Assembly: GCA_965219385.1 (NCBI GenBank) | Contig: CBDCNM010000002.1 | Span: 1,606,936-1,670,935, forward strand | Source of the DNA: Candidatus Latescibacterota bacterium | Lineage (GTDB): Bacteria; Latescibacterota; UBA2968; UBA8231 | Reading direction: 5' to 3' | DNA: 64,000 nt | Part shown: piece after piece, positions 1-10,107 of the stretch | How positions within the stretch are numbered: the stretch's first letter is position 1 | Layout of the letters: every line of letters starts with the position of its first letter | Notes under the pieces: generated by a model | What the model was told of the DNA's origin: nothing | What the model saw: the letters and a program-made list of their open reading frames with translations, nothing else | The model's database searches: none | Made by a program: the position numbers and the translations under genes

Positions 1-591
1 GAAGAGGTATTCGACGTTGGTAAGACCCCTACGACTATGGGGGTCATTGCCGAATTTGCCCGGCGCCAAAAAGGCGCCGTGCGCAGCCTGCATCCAACCA
101 ACTCCGTGGTGGCCCTGGGAAACCGCGCCAGAGAGCTGGTAGAGGATCACCCCCGATCGATCTATCCTTGCGACCAGCACAGCCCCTTTTATAAAATCGT
201 GCACTACGATGGTCTCATCATCGGCCTGGGGGTCAGCACCGAGGTCCTGACCTTTGTCCATTGCGTCGAAGACAATTTGCGGGAGCGCTTTCCCGTCGAG
301 ACCCGACGCCGCGAGCTTTACGCGGGGAGGGTCCTCGACGAAAACGGCTGTGAGCAGATCGTGAAAACCCTGGTCGCGCACAAGAGGATTCGCTGGCGTC
401 GGGTATCCAGGTACATGCGGCGACACGTTCCAGAAGATATGTGCCGCGATCTAAAGATAGACGGAGTAAACTACTACACCGCCCAATCGAGGGCTCTCTA
501 CGCAAAAATGGAAGAGCTGGCGATGCGCAACATCACCATCTACTCAAGGCTGGTGTACACCACGCGCCCTTTTGCGCATTTGTCCGGCTAG
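1..591 (+). CDS. AAC(3)-family (Antibiotic_NAT) N-acyltransferase, 5' end outside the window
   Basis: Open from base 1 (EEVFDVGKTPTTMG...). RSLHPTNSVVALG, SPFYK and GLGVSTEVLTFVHCVE match AAC(3)/YokD-family motifs. Confidence 0.85.
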   Translation, partial: EEVFDVGKTPTTMGVIAEFARRQKGAVRSLHPTNSVVALGNRARELVEDHPRSIYPCDQHSPFYKIVHYDGLIIGLGVSTEVLTFVHCVEDNLRERFPVETRRRELYAGRVLDENGCEQIVKTLVAHKRIRWRRVSRYMRRHVPEDMCRDLKIDGVNYYTAQSRALYAKMEELAMRNITIYSRLVYTTRPFAHLSG

Positions 592-609
592 GTTGGCAAG
601 GGAGAAGGC

Positions 610-921
610 GTGGAAAAACGGGAAGATATAATTCAGCTGATTTTTGCCGTGGTCGACCAACTCAATCTGCAGCGCTTCGAAGACCAGCGGCTGGAAAAAT
701 CGGTGGAGGCCCCTCTCTTCGGCGGGGCGGGCAAGCTGGAATCGCTGGGATTGATAAATCTCATCGTGGGCATAGAGGAAAAGGTGGCGGAGGCGTTCGC
801 GGTCCCCATCAACCTGGCCGACGAGAGCTCGATCTCTCCCGGGGATAATCCCTTCCAGACCATCGGGTCGCTCGCCGACCACATCGCCGCCTTTTTAAAG
901 GGCCGATCCGATGCCTCCTGA
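610..921 (+). CDS. stand-alone acyl carrier protein
   Basis: 103 aa, acidic. GKLESLGLINLI resembles the GxDSL phosphopantetheine site; C-terminal PFQTIGSL; directly upstream of FkbH. Confidence 0.75.
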   Translation: MEKREDIIQLIFAVVDQLNLQRFEDQRLEKSVEAPLFGGAGKLESLGLINLIVGIEEKVAEAFAVPINLADESSISPGDNPFQTIGSLADHIAAFLKGRSDAS

Positions 922-2599
922 AGCCCGCACCTGTCTGCTGATTGCCGATTTCACCATCGACAATTTTGCCGGGTATCTGAACAACGATAGAGAATCGCCC
1001 GCGGTCGACGCCGTGGTTGCACCGCCCGGGCCGGTGGGGCAAACCCTGGCCCGGCCGCCGACCCAAACCCGGGACATTTGTTGCGTGTGGACCCGGCCAC
1101 AAGGGGCCATCCCTTCGTTTAATAAGCGGCTGATGTACGAAGCAGTCCCCGCAGAACAGATTCTCGAGGAGGTCGACCAGTACGCTGCCCTGCTGCTCGC
1201 CGCCAGCGAAAACTTTCGCTCCTTGTTCGTCCCCACCTGGCAGTTGCCCACCTTTAACCGCGGCTGCGGCATGATCGATATGCGGAGCGAGATCGGCATT
1301 GCCAACACCCTCATGAAAATGAACCTGAGGCTGGCGGACGGCATTGGTGAAGCAACCAATATCTTTCTGTTGAACGCGCAGAAATGGATTGAAGAAGCAG
1401 GTTTCGGCGCGTTTGTGCCAAAACTCTGGTACATGGGCAAGATAGCCTTTGGCGACCAGGTGTTCGCCGCCGCCGCCAAAGACCTGAAAGCGGCCTTGAG
1501 GGGCCTGGGCGGCATGGCCAAGAAATTGCTCGCCGTCGACCTGGACAACACCCTCTGGGGCGATGTGGTGGGCGAGGTGGGCTGGGAAAAAATACGGTTG
1601 GGCGGGCACGACCACGTGGGCGAGGCCTTCGCGGATTTTCAGAAGGCGCTGAAGGCCCTGACCAACCGCGGCATCCTCCTGGGCATAGTGAGCAAAAACG
1701 AGGAGTCCGTAGCCCTGGAAGCCATCCGCAAACACCCGGAGATGATGCTCGGCCTGGACGACTTTTCCGGCTGGAGGATCAACTGGCGGGACAAGGCGCA
1801 AAACCTGGTCGATCTGGTCGCGGAACTCAATATCGGGCTGCACTCGGTCGTTTTCATCGACGACGACCCGGTGGAGCGCACCCGGGTGCGCGAGGCCTTG
1901 CCCGAAGTCATGGTCCCCGAGTGGCCGCAGGATCAAACCCTGTACGCCTCCACTCTAACTGCCCTTCCCTGCTTTGACGCGCCGTCCTTCAGCGCCGAAG
2001 ATTCGTCGCGCGGGGCAATGTACGCCTCCGAGCGCCAGCGCCAGGAGAGAAAAAAAAGCCTCGGTTCGCTGGACGAGTGGCTCCACACCCTCGAACTGAA
2101 AGTCAAGATAGAGGGGTTGAATGCCGTCAATATACCGCGGGCCGGCCAGCTGCTGAACAAAACAAACCAGATGAATCTGACGACCAGGCGGATGGTGGAA
2201 GGGGAACTGGCGGACTGGGCGGCGCGGGAAAACAATGCGCTATGGGTTTTTTACGTGGCCGACAAATTCGGCGATTCGGGCCTGACGGGCATTGCCAGCC
2301 TCGAGGTTCGAGGAGGCCGCGGAAGGATCGTTGACTTTGTTTTGAGCTGCCGCGCGATGGGCCGCAAAGTGGAAGAGACCATGCTTTACCACCTGTTTCG
2401 GCATGCCCGAGACGCAGGTCTGGAAGAAGTATACGCAGACTACGTACAGAGCCCCAGGAACAAACCCTGCGGCGATTTTTTTTGCCGAACCCTGCCGAGG
2501 TCGGATGCAGTGAAAAATCGTTATTACTGGAAGCTGGAACGGGATTTTCCACTGCCCTCTCACATCGAAATTGCCTTGGTAGGAGACAACTGCAAATGA
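911..2599 (+). CDS. fkbH: FkbH-like HAD-IIIC glyceryl-ACP loading enzyme with C-terminal GNAT-like domain
   Basis: DLDNTLWG, SKN, INWRDK, FIDDDPVER, KTNQMNLTTRR, DKFGDSG and LSCRAMGRKVE motifs. Confidence 0.92.
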   Translation: MPPEARTCLLIADFTIDNFAGYLNNDRESPAVDAVVAPPGPVGQTLARPPTQTRDICCVWTRPQGAIPSFNKRLMYEAVPAEQILEEVDQYAALLLAASENFRSLFVPTWQLPTFNRGCGMIDMRSEIGIANTLMKMNLRLADGIGEATNIFLLNAQKWIEEAGFGAFVPKLWYMGKIAFGDQVFAAAAKDLKAALRGLGGMAKKLLAVDLDNTLWGDVVGEVGWEKIRLGGHDHVGEAFADFQKALKALTNRGILLGIVSKNEESVALEAIRKHPEMMLGLDDFSGWRINWRDKAQNLVDLVAELNIGLHSVVFIDDDPVERTRVREALPEVMVPEWPQDQTLYASTLTALPCFDAPSFSAEDSSRGAMYASERQRQERKKSLGSLDEWLHTLELKVKIEGLNAVNIPRAGQLLNKTNQMNLTTRRMVEGELADWAARENNALWVFYVADKFGDSGLTGIASLEVRGGRGRIVDFVLSCRAMGRKVEETMLYHLFRHARDAGLEEVYADYVQSPRNKPCGDFFCRTLPRSDAVKNRYYWKLERDFPLPSHIEIALVGDNCK

Positions 2600-3345
2600 G
2601 GCTGAGAACCGCTGTGCGCACTCTGGGGAAGAAGCTGGTTTTTTCTACAGTGACGCCGATTGTCGTCCCCATCGCGAAGTACCTGCTGGACGTCGATGCT
2701 TACAACATCGAGCGCTGGAGGCAGAGGCAGGCCCTGGCAGAGACCGGTCGGTTCGTCGATGCGAACATGTCATCCGTCCAGTCGTTGCCCGATCCCTTTT
2801 CCCTGCTCAAGTACGCCATTTCACAACTGGACGCCCCTATCGACAACGGCCTGATTTGCGAGTTTGGGGTCTGTTCGGGCACCTCTATCAACCTGATTGC
2901 CCGGACCCTGCCGCACTGCATCGTTTGGGGTTTCGATTCTTTTGAGGGACTTCCAGAGTACTGGCGAGACCGCTTTCCAAAGGGGACCTTTGCAGTGCGC
3001 AAGCCGCCCCGGGTTCGCCGCAATGTCAATCTGGTCAAGGGACTGTTCAGCGACACCCTGGCCCCTTTTCTACAGCAAAGATCCGGCCCGGCCCTCTTCC
3101 TCCACATCGACTGCGACCTGTACTCGTCAACCCGAACCGTCCTCGAAGCCTTCGAAAGCCGCATAGGCCCCGGCACGGTGATGGTCTTCGACGAGTTCTT
3201 CAACTACCCTGGATGGAAGGAAGGGGAGTACAGGGCCTTTGCGGAATTCGTCGAAAAGACGGATCTGAAATTCGAGTACCTGGGGTATTGCCGCTATGGA
3301 ATGCAGGCCGCCCTGAAAGTCGTCGAAAAAAGGTCGGGATCCTGA
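2596..3345 (+). CDS. TylF/MycF-like class I SAM O-methyltransferase
   Basis: EFGV, GFDSFEGLPE, KGLFSDTL, HIDCDLYSST and FDE motifs. ATG at 2596 overlaps the fkbH stop (ATGA). Confidence 0.85.
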   Translation: MRLRTAVRTLGKKLVFSTVTPIVVPIAKYLLDVDAYNIERWRQRQALAETGRFVDANMSSVQSLPDPFSLLKYAISQLDAPIDNGLICEFGVCSGTSINLIARTLPHCIVWGFDSFEGLPEYWRDRFPKGTFAVRKPPRVRRNVNLVKGLFSDTLAPFLQQRSGPALFLHIDCDLYSSTRTVLEAFESRIGPGTVMVFDEFFNYPGWKEGEYRAFAEFVEKTDLKFEYLGYCRYGMQAALKVVEKRSGS

Positions 3346-3346
3346 G

Positions 3347-4462
3347 ATGAAGACGATTGCCCATTGCGTTTCTCCCTACCTGCACGTCTCGGAGCAATGG
3401 ATCCATTCCCAGATTGCCCTCCTGCGGCGCTACCGGCCGGTGGTGCTGACCCAGGAAACCCAGAACCTGGAGAGATTTCCGCTCGCAACGCTCTACGATG
3501 CCAGCTCCTATCCCGCGGCGCGGAAATGGGTCAATCGGCTGGTGCGCAAGCTGACCGGAAAATACCCCTTCTACGGGGATATTCTGAAGCGGGAGAGGGC
3601 GAGCCTGATCCACGCCCACTTCGGTTACCAGGGCCATTTTTGCCGGCGCGCCCAGAAAGCCACCTCCCTTCCCATGCTGGTCAGTTTTTACGGCGAAGAC
3701 GGAACCAAGTACCCTCGCTATCCGCGCTGGTTGCGGCGTTACCGGCGGCTCTTTGAGGCCGGTGACGCCTTTCTGGTGGAGGGGAGCGCCATGGGCCAGC
3801 GCCTGGTGGAAATCGGCTGTCCGCCGGAAAAGCTGCGGCTGCACCATCTGGGGGTGGACGTGGAGCGCATCGCCTTTCAGCCGCGGCAGCCGGCGGACAA
3901 GGTGCGCTTTCTGATCTGTGCCGGATTCAAGGAAAAAAAGGGCATTCCCTATGCCCTCATGGCTCTGGGTCGGGTGCTCGAGCAGCGCTCCTTTCCCTGC
4001 GAAGTGGTCCTGATCGGGGACGGGCCGGAAAGAGAAGGAGTCCTGGAAGGGATCGAGCGGTCCGGTCTGCGGGAGCAGGTCAAACTCAGGGGCGTACAGC
4101 CCTACTCGCAGGTCTTGGAAGAAATGCAGCACTGCCACATCCTGCTGCAGGCCAGCGTCACTGCCGCGGACGGGGACGGCGAGGGCGGCGCTCCGGTCAT
4201 CCTGCTGGACGCCCAGGCTGCGGGCCTGCCGGTGGTGGCTACCTACCACGCCGACATCCCCGAATACATCCTGGACCGGCAGAGCGGCCTGCTGGCGCCC
4301 GAGCGCGACGTCGAGGCTCTGGCCGAGTGCATTCACACCTTGGTGGAAAACCCGCAACGCTGGCCGGCCATGGGACGGGCGGGCCGCCGGCACGTGGAGC
4401 AGAATTACAACGCCGCGGTGCAGTGCGCCCGGCTGGAAACCCTGTACGACGAGTTTACCTGA
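3347..4462 (+). CDS. GT4-family glycosyltransferase (WcaL-like)
   Basis: HAHFG, EKKG, SVTAADGDGEGGAPV and ATYHADIPE motifs. Confidence 0.9.
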   Translation: MKTIAHCVSPYLHVSEQWIHSQIALLRRYRPVVLTQETQNLERFPLATLYDASSYPAARKWVNRLVRKLTGKYPFYGDILKRERASLIHAHFGYQGHFCRRAQKATSLPMLVSFYGEDGTKYPRYPRWLRRYRRLFEAGDAFLVEGSAMGQRLVEIGCPPEKLRLHHLGVDVERIAFQPRQPADKVRFLICAGFKEKKGIPYALMALGRVLEQRSFPCEVVLIGDGPEREGVLEGIERSGLREQVKLRGVQPYSQVLEEMQHCHILLQASVTAADGDGEGGAPVILLDAQAAGLPVVATYHADIPEYILDRQSGLLAPERDVEALAECIHTLVENPQRWPAMGRAGRRHVEQNYNAAVQCARLETLYDEFT

Positions 4463-5900
4463 TCTTCCGGTAGAGCACCAGCCGGTAGGGTTCCTCGCCG
4501 GCAAATTTGCGCACCTCTTCGTAGCCTGACCGGAACCACGACGCCTCGACGATCGGCCCTTCCAGCGCCGACCAGGGCGGATCGTGCAGGAGCACGTAGT
4601 CGGGCCGGTAGGTGCGGATCGGCCAGCTCACGTCCCCGGTCGCCAGGTGGGATCCCACGGCGGGCGAGACCAGGCCGCATATATCGACGATAGGACGCTG
4701 GCTGTAATAACCGACAATCCCGATTTCCACCAGGCCGACTGAAGCCCCCTCCGGAGTTTCCGCGGCGAGCCACTCGCCGGTTTCCCGGTAGGTCCAGTAG
4801 CGGGGCTCCGGGTGGGTCTGCACGCGCCCCACCGTGGGCGTCACTGCGGCCACCAGCAACGGCGCCACCAGGACCCCCGTCACCAGCCCGGCCCGCCGGC
4901 GCCAGGCCGGCCGCCTGGTGAGCAGCGCCTCCTGCAGCTGCACCACACCCAGCCCGGACACCATCATCAAAAACGGCATCAGCGCGGCATAGTAGTTGGA
5001 GGCTGCGGGAATACCCATTGCCGAATAGGCGACGAAGATCAGCCCCATCCAGCCCAGGATCAGCCAGATGCGGCGGTCCACCCTCCGCAAGCGCACGCAC
5101 CCCAGCACCCACACCACCCCGAAAAACAGGTAGAACAGGGTCTGTTGCAGGTAGAGGTAGACCATGCGTAGCGCCCCGTACCAGTAGGGCCGCCAGAGCC
5201 CGCTTGCGCCCATGAACTGCTTGGCCGCCAGGGTGTTGGGGAAGGGCGATCCAAAGCTCCAGATCGCATAGACGCTCCACCCGGCCACGAGCGCCCCATA
5301 GATCAGGGCCGGGATCCAGGGAAAACGGCGCTGCGTCCACACATCGTACAAAAAGATCAGGCCGGCGGGCACCAGTCCATCCCCCCGGGTCAGGGTGCCT
5401 AGCCCGAGCAGCAGGGCGGCCAGGTTCGGCCGCCCCGTGAGATAAGCCAGATAGGCCCCGAAGATCAGCGCCAGAAAGAAGTTCAACTCGAACCCGAACG
5501 CATCCCCCATGAGGGGATTGAGCACCACCAGTACAGCGGCTATGCCTCCGGCCAGGGGCTCGCTCAGCAGTGCCAGGAAGCGGTAGACCAGCAGGCTCAG
5601 GACCCCCAGCCCGATCCCGCCCAGGATACTGCTCAGCAGAGGGTAGTTATCCGTTGCTGCCCCGCCAAGGGCCAGCACCAAGGCGTAGAGCGGCGCCGTG
5701 GTCCCCAGGACCTGCTCGCCGGCATTGTAGATGAACCCCTTGCCGGCGGCCAGGTTGCGGGCGTAGCGGTAGGTAATGTAGGGATCGTCGGTCTGGACCT
5801 GGTGGTAACACACCACCGCCGAAGGGGTCAGCAGCAGGATCAGCACCAGGAGGCGCGTTCCAGGGCGCGAAAGGATCGGCCGGAAACCGCTTGACTCCAT
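4455..5900 (-). CDS. GT-C-fold integral membrane glycosyltransferase
   Basis: DDPYITYRYARNL..G.G..YN.GE N-terminal loop, TRGDG, P(F)PNT..AK and many TM helices. Confidence 0.75.
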   Translation of the reverse strand: MESSGFRPILSRPGTRLLVLILLLTPSAVVCYHQVQTDDPYITYRYARNLAAGKGFIYNAGEQVLGTTAPLYALVLALGGAATDNYPLLSSILGGIGLGVLSLLVYRFLALLSEPLAGGIAAVLVVLNPLMGDAFGFELNFFLALIFGAYLAYLTGRPNLAALLLGLGTLTRGDGLVPAGLIFLYDVWTQRRFPWIPALIYGALVAGWSVYAIWSFGSPFPNTLAAKQFMGASGLWRPYWYGALRMVYLYLQQTLFYLFFGVVWVLGCVRLRRVDRRIWLILGWMGLIFVAYSAMGIPAASNYYAALMPFLMMVSGLGVVQLQEALLTRRPAWRRRAGLVTGVLVAPLLVAAVTPTVGRVQTHPEPRYWTYRETGEWLAAETPEGASVGLVEIGIVGYYSQRPIVDICGLVSPAVGSHLATGDVSWPIRTYRPDYVLLHDPPWSALEGPIVEASWFRSGYEEVRKFAGEEPYRLVLYRKIR

Positions 5901-5912
5901 ATTGCGAACTGC

Positions 5913-6218
5913 TCAGCCCTTTTGCTGGCGGACGGCCTCGATCTTGGCGTCCCGTTCGGCAAAGATCTGCTCGCGCATCCGGTTCATCTCCTCCTGGAAC
6001 CGACCCTGGTGCTCGGCGAAGGTCCGGGGATCGGTCTCGCCGGCCAGCTGCTGGATCTTGCCCTTGAGGACGATCTCCTGTTCGGCCCACTTGGCCTGGT
6101 ACTGGTTCTTGAGCTGGTCAATGGTCTTGATCTGCTCGGGCGTCAGCTTGATGTAGTCCTCGTCTTTGTCGACCACGCTGTCGGCCTTTTCCAGGGCCAG
6201 TTCGAGCGCAGATTTCAT
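5913..6218 (-). CDS. small helical hypothetical protein
   Basis: 101-aa ORF (MKSALELALEK...) with a GGAGG RBS. Confidence 0.7.
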   Translation of the reverse strand: MKSALELALEKADSVVDKDEDYIKLTPEQIKTIDQLKNQYQAKWAEQEIVLKGKIQQLAGETDPRTFAEHQGRFQEEMNRMREQIFAERDAKIEAVRQQKG

Positions 6219-6312
6219 GGCGACCTCCTCTGTCTGGTTGGGGGTTAGTTGCTTAGATTATATTATTTTATGAATAAATTGTCTATTTAGAGAGAGGAGA
6301 GAGGAGCAAAAC

Positions 6313-6762
6313 ATGCAGAAACAATGGAAGGTCTATCTGGCCGGCGAAATCCACAGCGACTGGCGCGAGCGCATCGTGGACGGCGCAACCCAGGCCCAAC
6401 TACCGGTGGTCTTCAGTGCCCCGGTCACCGACCACGGCGCCAGCGACAACTGCGGCGTCGATATCCTGGGCCCCGAGGAAAACCCCTTCTGGAAAGACCA
6501 CAAGGGCGGCAAGATCAATGCCATCCGCACCCGCACCCTGATCGAGGACGCCGATATCGTGGTGGCGTGCTTCGGCGACAAGTACCGCCAGTGGAACGCC
6601 GCCTTTGACGCCGGTTTTGCCACGGCCTTGGGCAAACCCCTGATCGTGCAGCACGCCGCCGATATAGGACACGCCCTCAAGGAGGTCGACGCCGCGGCCC
6701 TGGCCGTGGCCGCAGAGCCCGAGCAGGTGGTGAAAATCCTTCGCTATGTGATCGGCGGCTGA
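6313..6762 (+). CDS. YtoQ family protein
   Basis: VYLAGEIHSDWRE, HGASDNCG, INAIRT, FGDKYRQWNAAFDAG and HALKEVD motifs. Confidence 0.85.
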   Translation: MQKQWKVYLAGEIHSDWRERIVDGATQAQLPVVFSAPVTDHGASDNCGVDILGPEENPFWKDHKGGKINAIRTRTLIEDADIVVACFGDKYRQWNAAFDAGFATALGKPLIVQHAADIGHALKEVDAAALAVAAEPEQVVKILRYVIGG

Positions 6763-6767
6763 ACCCT

Positions 6768-7379
6768 TTATGGCCCCCTGGCGCGGTAGCCCCAGATCAG
6801 GCCGAAAAACGCGTAGTTTTTGCCAAAAGCGATTTTGAAACCACCCCTCATACGGGATCGGGAGTCAAAGTACATGCCCACGGTCCCGTAGGGGGTCCGC
6901 GGGTTTAAAAAACGGTATCCCAGGCCCGTAAAGAGCAGGCCCGGACGACCTCCTATCCACAGGCTTTCCACCGGGATATAGCTCAGGTCCGCGCTGAACG
7001 AATGCAGCGCATCGGTGCCGGCCGAACACCTGAAGCTCGAAACCAGATATCCGGTCTTCGTATCCACGCACCCGGGCGAGCGGCTGCCCCTGTAATAAGT
7101 GCGCACGTACCTTGGATTGCGGTCGTCGCCCTGCAGCAGACCAAGGTCCAGCAGATTCGCCGCGCCAACCAGGCGGTGGCGCGCCGCAATAACCGTCAGA
7201 CCAAGCGGAATGCTCAGCCCGAAGCCTTTTTCCAGATTGATAAAACCCACTCCAAAAGAACCGTACAACCCTCCATTGCCCCGGGGAGGGACATCCAGCT
7301 GGGCCCTCAGATCTGCGCCGGGAGCGCCCAGCATCCAGCAGACCATAAGCGGTCCTGCAACTTTGCGCCAGCCCCACAC
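6768..7379 (-). CDS. hypothetical exported protein, possibly beta-rich or outer membrane
   Basis: Signal-like N-terminus and alternating aromatic/Gly pattern. Confidence 0.5.
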   Translation of the reverse strand: MWGWRKVAGPLMVCWMLGAPGADLRAQLDVPPRGNGGLYGSFGVGFINLEKGFGLSIPLGLTVIAARHRLVGAANLLDLGLLQGDDRNPRYVRTYYRGSRSPGCVDTKTGYLVSSFRCSAGTDALHSFSADLSYIPVESLWIGGRPGLLFTGLGYRFLNPRTPYGTVGMYFDSRSRMRGGFKIAFGKNYAFFGLIWGYRARGP

Positions 7380-7841
7380 CCTTCAACCTTCCGAGGGGCG
7401 CCACAGATCCTGCATGGTCATGGTTTGTTTCCCCTCGCTCTTCTCTTCGGAGAACATCTCGTAGATTAGAAGCCTTTTCAGGGCCGATTGCACGATCTTG
7501 TCGATGGCGTTCATACCTTAATGGATAAACTATCTCTGGTTCAAGTACATGCCTCGAAATCGAACCGTATAAATAAATCTTAATTTTCAGGAGGATCAAG
7601 GGTAAACACCGCATCCATGCCCGGGCCACAATTGCAATATCGCTGATTTTGGTTAAATTTAACCTGATTATTTTCAATTCTTCATCTTTTTTCCCTCTGG
7701 GGGATAGATCGAGATCCAGTTTTATAAATAAATCCTTGACTTCCTCGCCCGATAGCTCCTACTTTTATTGGTTCCGATTGCAGGTGAAATACAACTACAA
7801 CGCGCCGAACAGCATAGAGGCTTTTTAAAACGGCGCACGAG

Positions 7842-9809
7842 GTGATCATGCAAGCAAAAAAAGGCCTTCTCATTGCTCCGGCGTTTCCCGCCGACTCTTT
7901 CTGGAGCTACAAGTACGTGATCAAGTATTCAGGACGCAAAGCGGCCTTTCCCCCCCTGGGGCTGCTGACCTTTGCGGCTCTGATGCCCCAGGATGAGTGG
8001 GACTTCGAACTGGTTGATCTCAATGTCCAGACTCCTTCCACCAGGAAGTTGCGCCGCCAGATCCAGGAAGCCGATGCGGTCTTTGTGAGCGCCATGAGCA
8101 TCCAGCGGAATTCGCTGGTGGAACTGCTGGAGGGGCCGGCCCAGGGGACCGATACGCCCTGGGTGCTGGGCGGTCCCATAGCCTCCACCTATCGCGACAC
8201 CATACTGGAACCCAAGACCGCGGCCGAACACACCCTCCACGACGGCCTGGACTACCTGGCCTGGGGCGAGGCCACGCCGTGGATCGAAGACCTCAATCGC
8301 GCCCTGAGGGAACAGCCCCGACACAACCCCCAATCCCCCCGGCTATTCATACCTGAGCGGGTTCTCAACGAGCCCAGTGGGTCGCGCAAGTACCTCCAGG
8401 ACAGAGAGATCTTCAAACCCCTGGACAATATACCTGCTCCGCGCTGGGACCTGATCGATGTGCAAAATTACCGCGCCATGATGATCCAGACCACCGCCGG
8501 GTGCCGGTTCCGCTGTAATTTCTGCGATATCGTCCAGTTCAACGGTGGTTTTGCGCGCGCCAAGGACAAGGCCGCGGTGACCAAGGAGTTGCAGGCGATT
8601 TTAGACACCGGTTTCAGGGGAGGGGTGTTCACGGTCGACGACAATTTTGTCTCAGAGTCCGACGCCATGGAGAACATCCTGGAAGGGATGATCGAGTTCC
8701 AGCGCAACAACAACTACCCCTTCAACTTCTTCACCCAGGCCAGCATTGATCTGGGCAAGGAGTCCCTCGCCCACCTGATTCCCCTGATGCGGCAGGCCGG
8801 TTTTAACGCCGTCTTTCTCGGAGTCGAAAACCCAGATCCGGAAGCCCTGAAGAGCATGAACAAGATTCAAAACGTCAAAACCAGGCCCGAAGACACCATC
8901 GGCCTGCTCCAGCAACACGGTATCGAGGTGTACGCGGGTTTTATATACGGCACGGACGTGGATACCCTGAAGACGGCGGATTTGATCGTCGATTTCGTCA
9001 AGGGGAACAGCATTTTTTCCTCTATGACCGGCAAATTGACTCCCATGCCCCACACCCCCCTCTACATGGAACTGAAAGAGCAGGGCCGCCTGGTCGAAGG
9101 CGGCAACGCCAGCAACAACGTCGATGAGAACCTGCAGTACCAGCCGATCATGGGAGAGCAACACCTGCACGCAGGCTTTAGCCACATCCTGTCTTCCCTG
9201 TTCAACCGCCCGGCTCTGTACGAGCGGGCTCGAGGGGTGCTGGAGCGGGTCGACGTCCACATCTTCAGACACCGATCCGTCGGTCGCCGCGAGGGCTATG
9301 CCGCCCTGCGCTTTTTTATCCTCCAGAGCCTGAAGAGTCGCAGTGGCTACTTCAAGTTTCTCAAACACGCCTTCCTGCGCGACAGGACCCTGCTGCGGAG
9401 AAATCAGGACGAAGCCAGATCGCTTTCCAAGTTCTGGGAGGCTATCACCGCCTCTGCAAAAAGCCACATCGAGCTGGATACAAACAGTGTGACGCAGTTC
9501 ACCCAGATGCTGGACTACGCCCACGAAGCCCTGGTGCGCTACGGTGTGGACAGAGGGCTGGCAGAAGTGAGCGATTTCGTCCACGGGGCGCGCGAATCCA
9601 TCGGCAAAGGCAGCATTGGTCTGGAACACGCCCAGTCGGTCTACGACAAGGCCATGGAGTATTTCGAGGCCAAGGACAAGATGCTGCAGTTCCCCGGGGT
9701 TTCCATGGTCAAAGCCTTCGAACTCTCCATCATGGGTTGGCACTACAGGACCGTGGTGGGCAATGTCCTGGCCCACGGGGACGCAGAAGGCCTCCACATG
9801 CAGCTCTGA
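7842..9809 (+). CDS. B12-binding radical SAM protein (DUF4070-type) with extended C-terminus
   Basis: PPLGLLT..A N-terminal cobalamin-binding domain, CRFRCNFC (CxxxCxxC), VDDNF and FTQAS. Probable ATG at 7848. Confidence 0.88.
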   Translation: MIMQAKKGLLIAPAFPADSFWSYKYVIKYSGRKAAFPPLGLLTFAALMPQDEWDFELVDLNVQTPSTRKLRRQIQEADAVFVSAMSIQRNSLVELLEGPAQGTDTPWVLGGPIASTYRDTILEPKTAAEHTLHDGLDYLAWGEATPWIEDLNRALREQPRHNPQSPRLFIPERVLNEPSGSRKYLQDREIFKPLDNIPAPRWDLIDVQNYRAMMIQTTAGCRFRCNFCDIVQFNGGFARAKDKAAVTKELQAILDTGFRGGVFTVDDNFVSESDAMENILEGMIEFQRNNNYPFNFFTQASIDLGKESLAHLIPLMRQAGFNAVFLGVENPDPEALKSMNKIQNVKTRPEDTIGLLQQHGIEVYAGFIYGTDVDTLKTADLIVDFVKGNSIFSSMTGKLTPMPHTPLYMELKEQGRLVEGGNASNNVDENLQYQPIMGEQHLHAGFSHILSSLFNRPALYERARGVLERVDVHIFRHRSVGRREGYAALRFFILQSLKSRSGYFKFLKHAFLRDRTLLRRNQDEARSLSKFWEAITASAKSHIELDTNSVTQFTQMLDYAHEALVRYGVDRGLAEVSDFVHGARESIGKGSIGLEHAQSVYDKAMEYFEAKDKMLQFPGVSMVKAFELSIMGWHYRTVVGNVLAHGDAEGLHMQL

Positions 9810-9820
9810 ACCTTCCTTTA

Positions 9821-9909
9821 GGGCTCGTCACCAATTAACTGGACTACTCGGCGGCGCTGTTGAATGGGCGACTCTCTGGCCAATGACTCACTTATTTCGT
9901 AGCGAACCC
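9821..9909. mobile_element. 89-bp MITE with TTA target duplication
   Basis: TTA|GGGCTCGTCACCAATTAACT...ACTTATTTCGTAGCGAACCC|TTA: imperfect 20-bp terminal inverted repeats, non-coding. Confidence 0.65.
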
Positions 9910-10107
9910 TTAGAAGCCTTTTTAAAATTGCCCGAGCGCATTGGCCACCTTGTGCCAGGCAAAAGCGGCGGACAGTGCACATGACCTACATCAAAGCGGG
10001 AGCTGTACCCACATTCCTGAGGGGCATCTACCAGGCGGGCGGCAGGGAATACAACAATGCCATGACCCAGACCCACCAAAGGCGGAGGTACTGAGCCCCA
10101 CCCCTCG

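Noticed and set aside
1..591. Aminoglycoside resistance gene
   Set aside because: The ACP/FkbH/glycosyltransferase context points to glycan acylation; fold alone does not show resistance.
7480..7840. Cobalamin riboswitch upstream of the B12 radical SAM gene
   Set aside because: AT-rich region with no recognisable B12-box elements.
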